DNA of 64,000 bases, taken from NCBI GenBank assembly GCA_964510925.1, contig CAZEDS010000001.1, positions 27,704 through 91,703 of the forward strand, written 5' to 3'. A program made the position numbers and the translations under genes. A model generated the notes under the pieces. The model had not been told where the DNA came from and ran no database searches. It saw nothing but the letters and a program-made list of their open reading frames with translations. Shown here piece by piece: positions 50,103-59,828 of the stretch (positions within the stretch are counted from its first letter, which is position 1; each line of letters opens with the position of its first letter). The DNA is from an uncultured Candidatus Saccharibacteria bacterium (GTDB lineage Bacteria; Patescibacteriota; WWE3; 2-01-FULL-39-13).

Positions 50103-51980
50103 ATGCCAATTAAAGAAAATAGTCAAAATCCATTAGAAGCAATATTATCAGGAGCATCCGCAAACGGAAGAAAACATCCTGTGCCACAAAACGTTATGGA
50201 TGTTGAATTTAAAGTTGTGGGAGACCTAACATTAAGACAACTTGCATATTTGTTTATGGGAGGAATCCTTGGATATGCATTTTTTAAAATTGGATTGCCT
50301 TCATTTTGGTCTTGGACTTTAATGATATTTTCAATAATATTAGGAGCCGCAATTGCTTTTGTACCTTTTGAAGAACGTGGTTTAGATAAATGGTTAGTCC
50401 TTTTTATTCATGCAATGTTCAATCAACAACCACAAATGAAATGGAAAAAAAGTTCAAACACTCCGATTTATTTTTTAACAGATTACGCAAGTATTATAAA
50501 AAACGAAATTATCACATTAACTCCTGTAAAAAGCAGAAATAAACTAGAAGAATATCTTGGGATGTTACCAGAAGAACACGATGTGCAAGATTTATATAAC
50601 AAAGACAAAATGGATGGGATTTCTGCGAATTTCTTATATAACTCACCATCAACAGTTAAACTTGCGACTAATATCGAACCAAAAGTACAGATTGAAGAAA
50701 GAGTTGTTCCAATCGGCGATCCAATATCTTTAAATAGACCAATATCGGTATCAAGACCTTTCAAAAGCAAAAATGTTAATATGAGCGCAGCACCAAAGCC
50801 AATTATACAAACACCACAAATAGCAGAGCCAAAAGTTGAAATAAAACAACCAAGCGTAGCACAGCCGCAAATAATAACAAAACCTGCGCCAATTATTAAT
50901 CCGGATAAAGAACTAGAACAAAAAGAGATAGTTAATCCACAACAACCAAATCCAGAAGTCCAAACTATTGCCCCAGTAGTACAACCTGAACCAATTAAAC
51001 AAGAATCAATAACAATAGAAGAAACACCAATTGATCCACAGCTAAAAGAAATAGCAGAAGAAGAAATGGAATCCAAAAACGAAGTATTACAGGCTTATAT
51101 CACGCAAAAAGCTGAAGTACTTCCAAATGCACAAATTGATAGACCAATAAAAAACTGGCCAAGTTCAATGCAAGATCAACTAAAAGGCGAAATAAAACTT
51201 ACTCATACTCAAAAACTACCGCCAATAATAGTTGCCCAAGATATTAAACATATAAAAGAAAAAGAAGACTCACTAGAGAAAAAGGTTCAAGAATTATTAG
51301 AAGTTGCAGCAAAAGCTCGAGAAGAATTTGAAGCAAAAGGTTTAAAGCTCGAGACCAATCCAAAATTAGATTTCTATAAAAATAAGTATTTAGAACTTCA
51401 AAAAGAAAAAGAAAATTTAACTACTGAATTATCAAAAAATACTTCAAGGGTCGAAATGTTAGAAGGTCAAAAACAACAAAAACCACTCGAAAAACAAGTC
51501 ATTGATTTAACAGAACGCAATCAAGAATTAGAACAAAAGCTTCAAATGATCCAAAATCAATTATTTGAGCTAAAAAATACAACGCCTACTTCAAAAGAAG
51601 AACTAACAAAACAATCTGAACAACAAGCAGAACAAAAACCTCAGGCTCAATCACAACCAGTTGCAAAAACAATTTTTAATTCAGGTCAAAATATAAATAT
51701 AAATTATGGTCCAAATATTTTGGCAGGATTAATAAAAGATTCTCAAGATAACTTGCTAGAAAATACAGTTGTATTAATAAAAGATTCACATGGAAATGTT
51801 GTACGAGCATTAAAAACGAATAAATTAGGACAATTCAAAACACAATCTCCATTAATAAATGGCGACTATATAATTGAAACAGTAAAAGCGGGTGAAACCT
51901 TTGATATAATTCGTTTGTCTGCTGTAGGAAAAGAAATACCAGTCGTAGAGATAGTTTCAAAAGGGAAATCAAATGAATAA
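50103..51980 (+). CDS. PrgI-family protein with coiled coil and C-terminal carboxypeptidase-regulatory-like domain
   Basis: HPVPQNV...EFKVVGDLTLRQ, AF....RGLD.W; G.IKD......V.IKD..G..VRALKTNKLGQF. Confidence 0.8.
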   Translation: MPIKENSQNPLEAILSGASANGRKHPVPQNVMDVEFKVVGDLTLRQLAYLFMGGILGYAFFKIGLPSFWSWTLMIFSIILGAAIAFVPFEERGLDKWLVLFIHAMFNQQPQMKWKKSSNTPIYFLTDYASIIKNEIITLTPVKSRNKLEEYLGMLPEEHDVQDLYNKDKMDGISANFLYNSPSTVKLATNIEPKVQIEERVVPIGDPISLNRPISVSRPFKSKNVNMSAAPKPIIQTPQIAEPKVEIKQPSVAQPQIITKPAPIINPDKELEQKEIVNPQQPNPEVQTIAPVVQPEPIKQESITIEETPIDPQLKEIAEEEMESKNEVLQAYITQKAEVLPNAQIDRPIKNWPSSMQDQLKGEIKLTHTQKLPPIIVAQDIKHIKEKEDSLEKKVQELLEVAAKAREEFEAKGLKLETNPKLDFYKNKYLELQKEKENLTTELSKNTSRVEMLEGQKQQKPLEKQVIDLTERNQELEQKLQMIQNQLFELKNTTPTSKEELTKQSEQQAEQKPQAQSQPVAKTIFNSGQNININYGPNILAGLIKDSQDNLLENTVVLIKDSHGNVVRALKTNKLGQFKTQSPLINGDYIIETVKAGETFDIIRLSAVGKEIPVVEIVSKGKSNE

Positions 51981-52668
51981 TAAAGTAAACGCAACGACAC
52001 AAAACCATTTAGACATAGCACAAATAAAAGACGATTTAGTAATACTAAAAAGTGGTGGAGCAGCCGCAATTTTAGAAACAAATGCAATAAACTTTGACTT
52101 GTTATCAATTGTTGAACAAGACGCAGCAATTGCCGCATATAGTTCATTGTTGAATTCATTAGCTTTTCCAATTCAAGTTACAATTCGATCTAAAAAAATG
52201 GATATAACAAATTATCTCGAACGTGTAAAAAACTTTGAAGAAAAACAAACAAACGGAAAAATAAAAAGCCAGATTCAATCTTATCGGGCTTTTATTCGAG
52301 ATGAACTAGTCACAAAAGAAAATGTTTTGGAGAAAAAGTTTTATGTAACCGTGCCATATAAAACATTTGATTTGGGGACAACTTCACCTTTAGGATGGAT
52401 CGAAGATTTAACATCATTTTCTCTCGCACCAAAATCAAAAATAAATATCGAACAAACTTTGCTCGAAGCCAAAACGGATCTAACACCAAAAGTCACATTT
52501 TTATTAAAAGAATTTGCAAGAATTGGAATCAGAGCATCCCAATTAAAAACAGCTGATATGGTCAAACTATTTTATGAAATATACAATAGTGAAACAGCAC
52601 AAATCCAAAAAATAAAAATTGGAATTGATAACTATACATCAACAATGGTTGAACCTAAAATAATTTAA
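51973..52668 (+). CDS. Conserved VirB4-associated (TraE/TraC N-terminal-like) protein
   Basis: TQ.HLDI..IKDD.VILK.G, INFDLLS..EQ.A....Y..LNSL.FPIQ. Confidence 0.75.
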   Translation: MNNKVNATTQNHLDIAQIKDDLVILKSGGAAAILETNAINFDLLSIVEQDAAIAAYSSLLNSLAFPIQVTIRSKKMDITNYLERVKNFEEKQTNGKIKSQIQSYRAFIRDELVTKENVLEKKFYVTVPYKTFDLGTTSPLGWIEDLTSFSLAPKSKINIEQTLLEAKTDLTPKVTFLLKEFARIGIRASQLKTADMVKLFYEIYNSETAQIQKIKIGIDNYTSTMVEPKII

Positions 52669-52673
52669 TAACT

Positions 52674-55064
52674 ATGTTTTCATTATTCGGAAAAAAACAA
52701 AAATTTAATAGCGGAGAACCAACACAAGCACAACTTGATCGAGCAACAAATAAAGTTTTAGAAAACAATGAAAAATTTGCTAAACAACAAACACCTCAAA
52801 GCGTTGAAAAAGCATTGGCAAATGGAATACCAAATATTTCAGATATTATTGCACCAAGCGCTATCGAAGTAGACTTTAACCACATCAAAATTGGAGATAG
52901 ATATTTTAGAACACTTTTTGTTTCAGGTTACCCACGTTTTGTTGGAGCAAACTGGTTAGCACCAATCATTAATTTTGATCACAGCTGTACAGTCACAATG
53001 TTTTATTATCCGATGAACGCAAGAAACGTTCTTGATGATTTAAGGCGCAAAATCGCCGAAATGGAAGCCACACTAAGCATGGACAGAGAACGAGGCAAAG
53101 TTGTAGACCCAGGCGTTCAAGCAGGTCTTGAAGACGCAAAATCGTTACAAGAACAATTGGTCAAAGGAATTGAAAGATTTTTCCATTTTTCATTCTATAT
53201 AACAATCTCAGGTAGCACACTCGAAGAACTCAACAACATTTCTTATCAAATTGAATCAACCTTAGGATCTCTTTCATTGATATCGAAAAAAGCAACTCTA
53301 GACATGGAAAATGCTTTCAAAACAACGCTACCTTTATGTCTTGATCGCTTAAAAGTCATCCGAAACATGGACACAACTTCAGTTGCAACAACGTTCCCTT
53401 TCACTTCAAGTGAATTAACCGCAAATGAAGGTATTTTATATGGAATAAATAAACATAATGGATCATTGATAATTTTTGATAGATTTTCAATGGAAAATGC
53501 AAACACAGTTATCTTTGCAAAATCAGGTTCAGGTAAATCATACCTGGTTAAGCTTGAAGCTCTCCGTTCACTATTATTCGGAACAGGAATCATCGTATTA
53601 GATCCTGAAAACGAATACCAAAAACTAGCTGAAGCAGTTGGTGGAGATTACATCGACTTTAGTATTAACTCAAAAGCTAAAATTAATCCGTTTGAACTAT
53701 CTGTAACTAGCGATAATGAAGATAACTTGAGCATGAAAATCTTGAGCCTTCATGCATTATTAAAAATTATGTTAGGCGATATTAACAGTGCAGAAGAAGC
53801 CGTTTTAGATAGAGCATTAATCGATACATACCGATTAAAAGGAATAACCCAAGATCCTGCAACTCAACAAAATAATGAACCTCCATTAATGGAAGATTTA
53901 TACAAAGTCCTCCAAGTTATGGAAGAACCAGAATCAAAAGCTTTAGCCTCAAGACTTGAACGTTATGTTAAAGGTTCACTCGCAGGAATTTTCGATCGAA
54001 GATCAAACGTTGATTTGAATAATGATTTCACAGCCTTTTCAATCAGAAATTTGCAAGATGTTTTGAGACCAATAGCAATGTTCATGATCTTGGATTTTAT
54101 CTGGACAAAAGTTAAATATGATCTTAAAAAACGTATCTTAATTTTGGATGAGGCTTGGACATTAATGCAATATCCAGACTCTGCAGCTTTTGTTTATTCT
54201 CTGGCAAAACGTGCTAGAAAATATTATTTAGGTATGACGACCATCACTCAAGATGTTAATGATTTTTTAAGTACAGATTATGGAAAATCAGTTGTTACAA
54301 ACTCTTCAATACAAATATTGTTAAAACAACACCCAGCCTCAATTGATAAGTTAGCAGAAGTTTTCTACCTATCTTTAGGTGAAAAAAACTTTTTGCTTTC
54401 CGCTGGCATTGGAGAAGGTTTATTTTTTGCAGGAACAAACCATGTTGCTATGGCTGTAAAAGCCTCAAAAATTGAGCACGAACTAGTAACAACAAATCCG
54501 GCAGAAGTCTTAAAGCAACAAAAAGCAGCAGACATTAATTCAGTCCTTAAAAATGCAGCAGAACCAAGCATCAATGCAACTCCTGCACCACAGCCACAAC
54601 AAGCTCAACCACAACCTCAAGCACCAAGATACAAAGAAGAACCAATTGCACAAGTAATGCCACAACAGCCAACTCCAGTGCAACCAATCGTTACTGAGCC
54701 ACAAGCAACAACGAACCCAATATCAAGCACACCAATAACAAGTGCTCCAATTTCGAATCCAGTAATACCAAATTCACCATTAGGCAGTCAACAGAAAAAG
54801 AATGAGGAAGAATATGATCCTTTAGATATTTATTCAAATATTAAGCCAATAGAACCGATTAAAGAACCAATCAAGTTTGCAAACGACGATGACTGGCAAG
54901 ATCTAGCAAAGCCATCAACTACATCAGTTGCACCTGCGGCACAACAAACAGCTGCACCACAGCCAATGCAACCAAAACCAGCAATGCCAAACCCTTACTC
55001 AAGCGAAGAAGGCGACTATGTAAATGGAAGCATTAACCTAAGAGGCGGATCGGATAGTTTCTGA
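52674..55064 (+). CDS. VirB4-like ATPase with P/Q-rich tail
   Basis: AKSGSGKS Walker A, DPENEY, INPF, LILDEAW, RARKY, TQD. Confidence 0.92.
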   Translation: MFSLFGKKQKFNSGEPTQAQLDRATNKVLENNEKFAKQQTPQSVEKALANGIPNISDIIAPSAIEVDFNHIKIGDRYFRTLFVSGYPRFVGANWLAPIINFDHSCTVTMFYYPMNARNVLDDLRRKIAEMEATLSMDRERGKVVDPGVQAGLEDAKSLQEQLVKGIERFFHFSFYITISGSTLEELNNISYQIESTLGSLSLISKKATLDMENAFKTTLPLCLDRLKVIRNMDTTSVATTFPFTSSELTANEGILYGINKHNGSLIIFDRFSMENANTVIFAKSGSGKSYLVKLEALRSLLFGTGIIVLDPENEYQKLAEAVGGDYIDFSINSKAKINPFELSVTSDNEDNLSMKILSLHALLKIMLGDINSAEEAVLDRALIDTYRLKGITQDPATQQNNEPPLMEDLYKVLQVMEEPESKALASRLERYVKGSLAGIFDRRSNVDLNNDFTAFSIRNLQDVLRPIAMFMILDFIWTKVKYDLKKRILILDEAWTLMQYPDSAAFVYSLAKRARKYYLGMTTITQDVNDFLSTDYGKSVVTNSSIQILLKQHPASIDKLAEVFYLSLGEKNFLLSAGIGEGLFFAGTNHVAMAVKASKIEHELVTTNPAEVLKQQKAADINSVLKNAAEPSINATPAPQPQQAQPQPQAPRYKEEPIAQVMPQQPTPVQPIVTEPQATTNPISSTPITSAPISNPVIPNSPLGSQQKKNEEEYDPLDIYSNIKPIEPIKEPIKFANDDDWQDLAKPSTTSVAPAAQQTAAPQPMQPKPAMPNPYSSEEGDYVNGSINLRGGSDSF

Positions 55065-56309
55065 TTTGAATTTTAGTTTAGACGCATTTCTAAGTTTTGA
55101 TAGTAAACCGTATGAGCGCATAGCAAATTCTGGGTTTCTATTGGCTAGAACCACCAACTTATCTATAAAAAAGTTATATGAGTTATTTTCGAATTTAAAC
55201 GGGCTACTTAACTGTTCGTATTCACTAACCTGAACCATGAAAGAAGTTGGATTTGGAAATTCCAAATCATTTTCAGATAATAAGTCAAACCAAGATTCAA
55301 CCATTGAATCCCATGATTGAGTTAAAGATGAACCAAAATCATGGTTACTTTTAGATTTTTGCTTTTCAGCAATCGCATACATCCCCCAATAAGTAGTAGC
55401 AAATTCTTTAGCAATTCCTAAAAACTTATTTGGTGAAAGGATAATATCCGAACGTCTTTCTACGATGCTATTTGTAGCCGATTGATCATCATTATTAATA
55501 GGGTATGGTTGATTTGTTACTGAATTGATAGGTTTTACACGATGTCTTGGTATATAGAAATATTCGTTCCCAACATTAGAGGTTTTCGACACACCTTCTT
55601 TACAATAAACTTCTCCACGGGAATTAGATTCAACAATCGAACTCAAAACATCTTCAGATACCTGATCATTAATAATTTTTTTCCCATATCGATCAAAAGA
55701 ACAATACGCAATCGAAGGTTTAAGCAACTTTGCAGCTACCTCAACCGCATATAAAATCATAGGCTCATAGTTAGTTGGATCCAATTTAATGCCTTTAAAA
55801 TTTTCATGAACACCTAAAATATCTGATAACACCAAAAAAGACTCCTTATCAGTTAATAAATCTCTTATGTTTTGTAATGATAATTTATACGAGGAAGAAG
55901 GTTTAAAGGAAACTTCAGGAAATGAATAAGCATCAATAGAGTAATCATGTATCTGCAAAGTAGATAATCGTTGCTCAGTAGTAATATCAGGTGTTAGATG
56001 AAGACCAAGTTCGCCTTCAATCTCATAACCAACAGTAATAGGACTACCATTAAAAGATTTTTCCTCTAATGCTTTATTTAAAGAATTTATAGCCGATACT
56101 TGATTAAAAGATCCATTATTTAAGGATGTGTATAAATAAGTTGCAAAAGTATCAATAATTCTATGCTCAACAGGATCAGTAGTCGTGAGATCTCTAAGAG
56201 ATTCAACTCCCGCAGGAAAACCCGAAAAACTATCTTCGCCTAATATCTTTTGAAACGGTTCTAAATACTTTTGTGGAGAATCAAGAATACTCTCAATTGC
56301 ATTACTCAT
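55038..56309 (-). CDS. Hypothetical protein, possible amidoligase (GS/GCS fold)
   Basis: TVGYEIE, PEVSFKP, LGVHEN, late ERR. Confidence 0.45.
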   Translation of the reverse strand: MSNAIESILDSPQKYLEPFQKILGEDSFSGFPAGVESLRDLTTTDPVEHRIIDTFATYLYTSLNNGSFNQVSAINSLNKALEEKSFNGSPITVGYEIEGELGLHLTPDITTEQRLSTLQIHDYSIDAYSFPEVSFKPSSSYKLSLQNIRDLLTDKESFLVLSDILGVHENFKGIKLDPTNYEPMILYAVEVAAKLLKPSIAYCSFDRYGKKIINDQVSEDVLSSIVESNSRGEVYCKEGVSKTSNVGNEYFYIPRHRVKPINSVTNQPYPINNDDQSATNSIVERRSDIILSPNKFLGIAKEFATTYWGMYAIAEKQKSKSNHDFGSSLTQSWDSMVESWFDLLSENDLEFPNPTSFMVQVSEYEQLSSPFKFENNSYNFFIDKLVVLANRNPEFAMRSYGLLSKLRNASKLKFKSETIRSAS

Positions 56310-56429
56310 AAAGAAAAGTATAAACCAAATGAGCTAAATAATTTCACCAAAGCACTCGCAGGCCCAAAACGCATTCGGACGAGAAACAATGTCGTGCCGA
56401 GAAACTTATTTGCTTTAAAAAAGATTTAT

Positions 56430-56573
56430 AGATCAAATCCCAATAATTTTCTAAAGTTTTTTTGAGATTAGCAAGAGATCCCGCAGAGCAGCTCTTGCGT
56501 AGTAATTCGATTTCGCTACTGCGGAACGAATTACAATCGAAACAAACTGCAGAAAATTATTGGGATTTGATCT
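56430..56573. repeat. Structured intergenic element family 1, copy C
   Basis: 23-bp perfect outer IR agatcaaatcccaataattttct; core gcaagag-atcccgcagagcag-ctcttgc-gta. Confidence 0.85.
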
Positions 56574-57682
56574 TACCAATTCGCCTTCATCGGCATCACA
56601 ATATAAATATATCCGTCAAAGGATTCGAGCTTAAAGCCTGCTGGTTTGAATGGATCATTAGATTGAAAGACAATGTTTTCTTTTGCAGCATTTGATAAAA
56701 AATCATTAATGTATTTTGCATTAAAAGCGATTTCTATATCGCTACCTTCAATATTCGCTTGAACATCGATTGAGTTACTACCCGATTCGGTAGGTTGCGA
56801 TTTAACAACAATTTTTCCATCTTTAATAATAAGCTTGACCATGTTGTCGTAGTCTTTTGCAAAAATACTAGCAAGTTTTATTGCGTTAAAAATTTCGTCT
56901 TTTGAAACTGTAACTTTTGTAGCAAATTCAGAAGGCAATATCGCTTTATAATTTGGAAATTCACCTTCAATTAAGCGAATCTGCGCTTCCATATGTGGAA
57001 CTTTAAAAGATACTGCATTCTTAGATGAGATAGGAGACATATCAATAACATCAGACTCACTTGCGAATGCTTTGATAATATCGATGGTTGAACGTGCTGG
57101 CAAAATAAAAGAATACTCTTTAGAAACTGGCTTATCTAAAGAAATTTTATACTCAGCCATTCTAAATCCATCAGTAACAGCTAGGGTCAAAACATTTCCA
57201 GAAATATTAAAAAGTATACCGGTTAAAACTGGACGACTTTCGGTTGCAGCAGGTACAAATTGTAGACTTTGCATCGCACGCAAAAGATCTTCGGATTTTA
57301 TAGAGATAACTTCTTCAGAATCAAAACCTTCGATTGATGGAAACTGATCTGCACTTATCGTAGAAAAAGTTGAGTTAACTTTTCCAGTTTTTACGTTAAA
57401 GTTTTCTGCATCCAAGATACAATCAATTTTTTCTTCTGTAATTTGTGATAAAAAGCTATTTAACAACTTTGCTGGAACTGTAATCGATCCTTGTTCTTCA
57501 ACTTTTGCACTAACCCAAACAGAAATTGTCACAAAAAGGTCTGAAGCAGTTAATTTGACTTCGTTTTCTTCGGTTTTAATTAAAATGTTGGATAAAGAAG
57601 GAATAGACGCTTTGTTGCTTACGGCTTTGCTGGTAATTGCAACGCCTTTATAAAAGTTTTCGCGTAGCAGGGAAATTTTCAT
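56573..57682 (-). CDS. dnaN: DNA polymerase III beta clamp
   Basis: SRPVLTG, TDGFRMA, RLIEG.FPNY, IAFNAKY, VMPM. Confidence 0.97.
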   Translation of the reverse strand: MKISLLRENFYKGVAITSKAVSNKASIPSLSNILIKTEENEVKLTASDLFVTISVWVSAKVEEQGSITVPAKLLNSFLSQITEEKIDCILDAENFNVKTGKVNSTFSTISADQFPSIEGFDSEEVISIKSEDLLRAMQSLQFVPAATESRPVLTGILFNISGNVLTLAVTDGFRMAEYKISLDKPVSKEYSFILPARSTIDIIKAFASESDVIDMSPISSKNAVSFKVPHMEAQIRLIEGEFPNYKAILPSEFATKVTVSKDEIFNAIKLASIFAKDYDNMVKLIIKDGKIVVKSQPTESGSNSIDVQANIEGSDIEIAFNAKYINDFLSNAAKENIVFQSNDPFKPAGFKLESFDGYIYIVMPMKANW

Positions 57683-57683
57683 A

Positions 57684-58148
57684 TTAATCCTGTTTAACAG
57701 TTATTATAACTTTTCTTTCACGACCTTCACCTTCTGAATATGAAGTCATACCTTCAACACTTGAAACTACTTCGTGAACAAGTCTTCTTTCATAACTGGA
57801 CATTGGGTAAAGACTTACTGGTTTGCCTAATTCTTTTGATTTGTTAGCAGCATCAAAAGCAATGTCTTTTAATTTGTTTTCTCGTGCAGTTCTATAATCA
57901 CCAATATCCAAAACAATACTGTTATCACCTTCTAATTCTTTAGCAATTAAAATATTCAAAATATATTGAAGAGAATTTAGATTATTACCATGATAACCAA
58001 CCAAAAGGCTGTCATCCGTAGATTTAACAACAACTCGGGATTTTCCACCTGCAACACTATCAATAAATTCAATCGAAAAATCGATACCTAAAAACCCAAG
58101 TATGTCACTTAAAATTTCTTTAATTCTTGTTTGCGCTGTTTGATCCAT
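57684..58148 (-). CDS. jag: Jag/KhpB-like KH-R3H RNA-binding protein
   Basis: LVG.HG.NL.SLQ, D..DYR, PM..YERR.VH, SEGEG..R. Confidence 0.9.
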   Translation of the reverse strand: MDQTAQTRIKEILSDILGFLGIDFSIEFIDSVAGGKSRVVVKSTDDSLLVGYHGNNLNSLQYILNILIAKELEGDNSIVLDIGDYRTARENKLKDIAFDAANKSKELGKPVSLYPMSSYERRLVHEVVSSVEGMTSYSEGEGRERKVIITVKQD

Positions 58149-58896
58149 AACCTCGATTAACAATTAGGTACTGAGCGGCAGCAATTAACGTTGAAACTAA
58201 CATATACAAAGTCAAACCGGCAGGTAAGCTTATACCAATAATAAAAGTCACTATCGGCATTGTATATAGCATTTGTTCTTGAACATTATACATAATGTCA
58301 TCTTGCTTGTCAGGCGTATTTTTCGCTACTTTTTCAGCTTTATCCACAGCAGGCTTCATTAATTTTGAAAGATAAAATTGTGAGACAGCGGCCAAAACAG
58401 GAATATAGTAATTAGGAACAGATAAATCCATACCTAAAAAATGTGTATTTAAAATTTGACCATCATGAAACTTTAAAAAATCCCAATTGTAGGTTAACTC
58501 ATTTACTCTGCTAACAATCGAGTCCTTGTGATTCAAAATATCGTGAAAAGCCCCATACAAAGGTCCAAAAACAAAAAAGATAGTTATAAGTTGTGGTAAA
58601 CAACCCAACGCAGGGTTTATTCCATTTTCACGCATAAGCTCCATCTGCTTTTGAGCAAAAACTTGTTTATCTTTATATTTTTCTTTAAGAGCATCGATCT
58701 GTGGCTTTAAACTTTGCTGTTTTTTAGCAAGTTCCATTGAAGACTTAGTCAAAGGGTGCGTAATCAACTTAATAAAAAGAGTAATTCCAATAATGGCCAA
58801 ACCTAAATTAGTAAAACTTATTTGATAAAAGAAAATAAGCAAATTAAAAATAGGCGTATATATTAAGTTATTCCAAGCAACAGTTATAAATGTCAT
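58120..58896 (-). CDS. yidC: Membrane protein insertase
   Basis: GLAII..T..IK...PL, INP..GCLP, LPAGL.LY. Confidence 0.93.
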   Translation of the reverse strand: MTFITVAWNNLIYTPIFNLLIFFYQISFTNLGLAIIGITLFIKLITHPLTKSSMELAKKQQSLKPQIDALKEKYKDKQVFAQKQMELMRENGINPALGCLPQLITIFFVFGPLYGAFHDILNHKDSIVSRVNELTYNWDFLKFHDGQILNTHFLGMDLSVPNYYIPVLAAVSQFYLSKLMKPAVDKAEKVAKNTPDKQDDIMYNVQEQMLYTMPIVTFIIGISLPAGLTLYMLVSTLIAAAQYLIVNRGYGSNSANKN

Positions 58897-59126
58897 TTTA
58901 ATGGGTCAAAACCACCTTTGGTAAACGGATTACATCTTAGTATACGCCAAGCTCCTAATAAAGAACCTTTTATCAATCCATATTTATCAATCGCTTGATA
59001 GGTGTATTGAGAGCAAGTAGGTTCAAACCTACACACCTTAATACCCAAGGCTTTTGGATATCCTTGATCAAATGAGAGCCATTTTTGATATTGCTTTATT
59101 AAAATCAGAGCTAAATTCTTTAACAT
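58893..59126 (-). CDS. yidD: Membrane protein insertion efficiency factor
   Basis: [22 protein letters not shown]. Confidence 0.95.
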   Translation of the reverse strand: MLKNLALILIKQYQKWLSFDQGYPKALGIKVCRFEPTCSQYTYQAIDKYGLIKGSLLGAWRILRCNPFTKGGFDPLK

Positions 59127-59445
59127 CAACTCCAATTTTACCATTAGTATCGAGAACATTTCTTTTAGGGACAAAAACATAATAACCCGGTTTAAATTTA
59201 TCGTAACAATCATTCACATTTGCCAATATAAGGCGTCTAATACGATTTCTAACAACGCTTTTTGGAGAAAACTTAGCTGAGGCCGTAACTCCAAATAATT
59301 TTGGCTCCGTCGATCCTACCTCAACAAACGAAGGAAATTTTCTAACATAAATAATATTAAAATAGCGTGCATTTATTACAGTACCCTTTGTAAAGATGAA
59401 CCGAAATAAAAACTTATTTTTAAGCGTTAGATTTCTTTTAATCAC
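59068..59445 (-). CDS. rnpA: Ribonuclease P protein component
   Basis: FG..ASAK...SVVRNRIRR; position between rpmH and yidD. Confidence 0.85.
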   Translation of the reverse strand: MIKRNLTLKNKFLFRFIFTKGTVINARYFNIIYVRKFPSFVEVGSTEPKLFGVTASAKFSPKSVVRNRIRRLILANVNDCYDKFKPGYYVFVPKRNVLDTNGKIGVDVKEFSSDFNKAISKMALI

Positions 59446-59504
59446 AAGTACAGTATAACAATCCACTCAGTAGATTCTTATTTATATGTTTAGGATTTTT
59501 TGAA

Positions 59505-59666
59505 TTAGTCTGCTCGACCACGATTAATAGCTAAGCGTCTTCGACCTTTATCTCTTCGTCTCTTAAGAACGTTTCGACCGCTCTTTGTAGACATACGTTT
59601 TAAAAAGCCGTGTTTTCGATTTCCTTTTTTCTTTTTTGGTTGCCACGTTCGTTTTGTTTTAGCCAT
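59505..59666 (-). CDS. rpmH: 50S ribosomal protein L34
   Basis: Not in ORF track: [53 protein letters not shown]. Confidence 0.96.
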   Translation of the reverse strand: MAKTKRTWQPKKKKGNRKHGFLKRMSTKSGRNVLKRRRDKGRRRLAINRGRAD

Positions 59667-59774
59667 AACTCGGGTATTTTAACATAGATTTTTATAGGCT
59701 GCACCATGGGTTTTCTCCTAAGAATTGCTTATTATCTGGCTTTTAGAAGGGTACCTTGATAATCAGTGATTGAC

Positions 59775-59828
59775 TGTGGATAACTGATAGGTTAAATCTA
59801 TTTATATGGATACCCAAAATGTGGATAA
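59775..59828. promoter_or_regulatory. Two perfect DnaA boxes at the dnaA promoter/5' end
   Basis: TGTGGATAA at 59775-59783 and 59820-59828. Confidence 0.8.

Noticed and set aside
15018-56573. Family-1 elements as hammerhead ribozymes, MITEs or integron attC sites
   Set aside because: No CUGANGA/GAAA core in the right topology; terminal repeats are not conserved and no target duplication is seen; no consistent RYYYAAC/GTTRRRY ends, and neighbours are core genes
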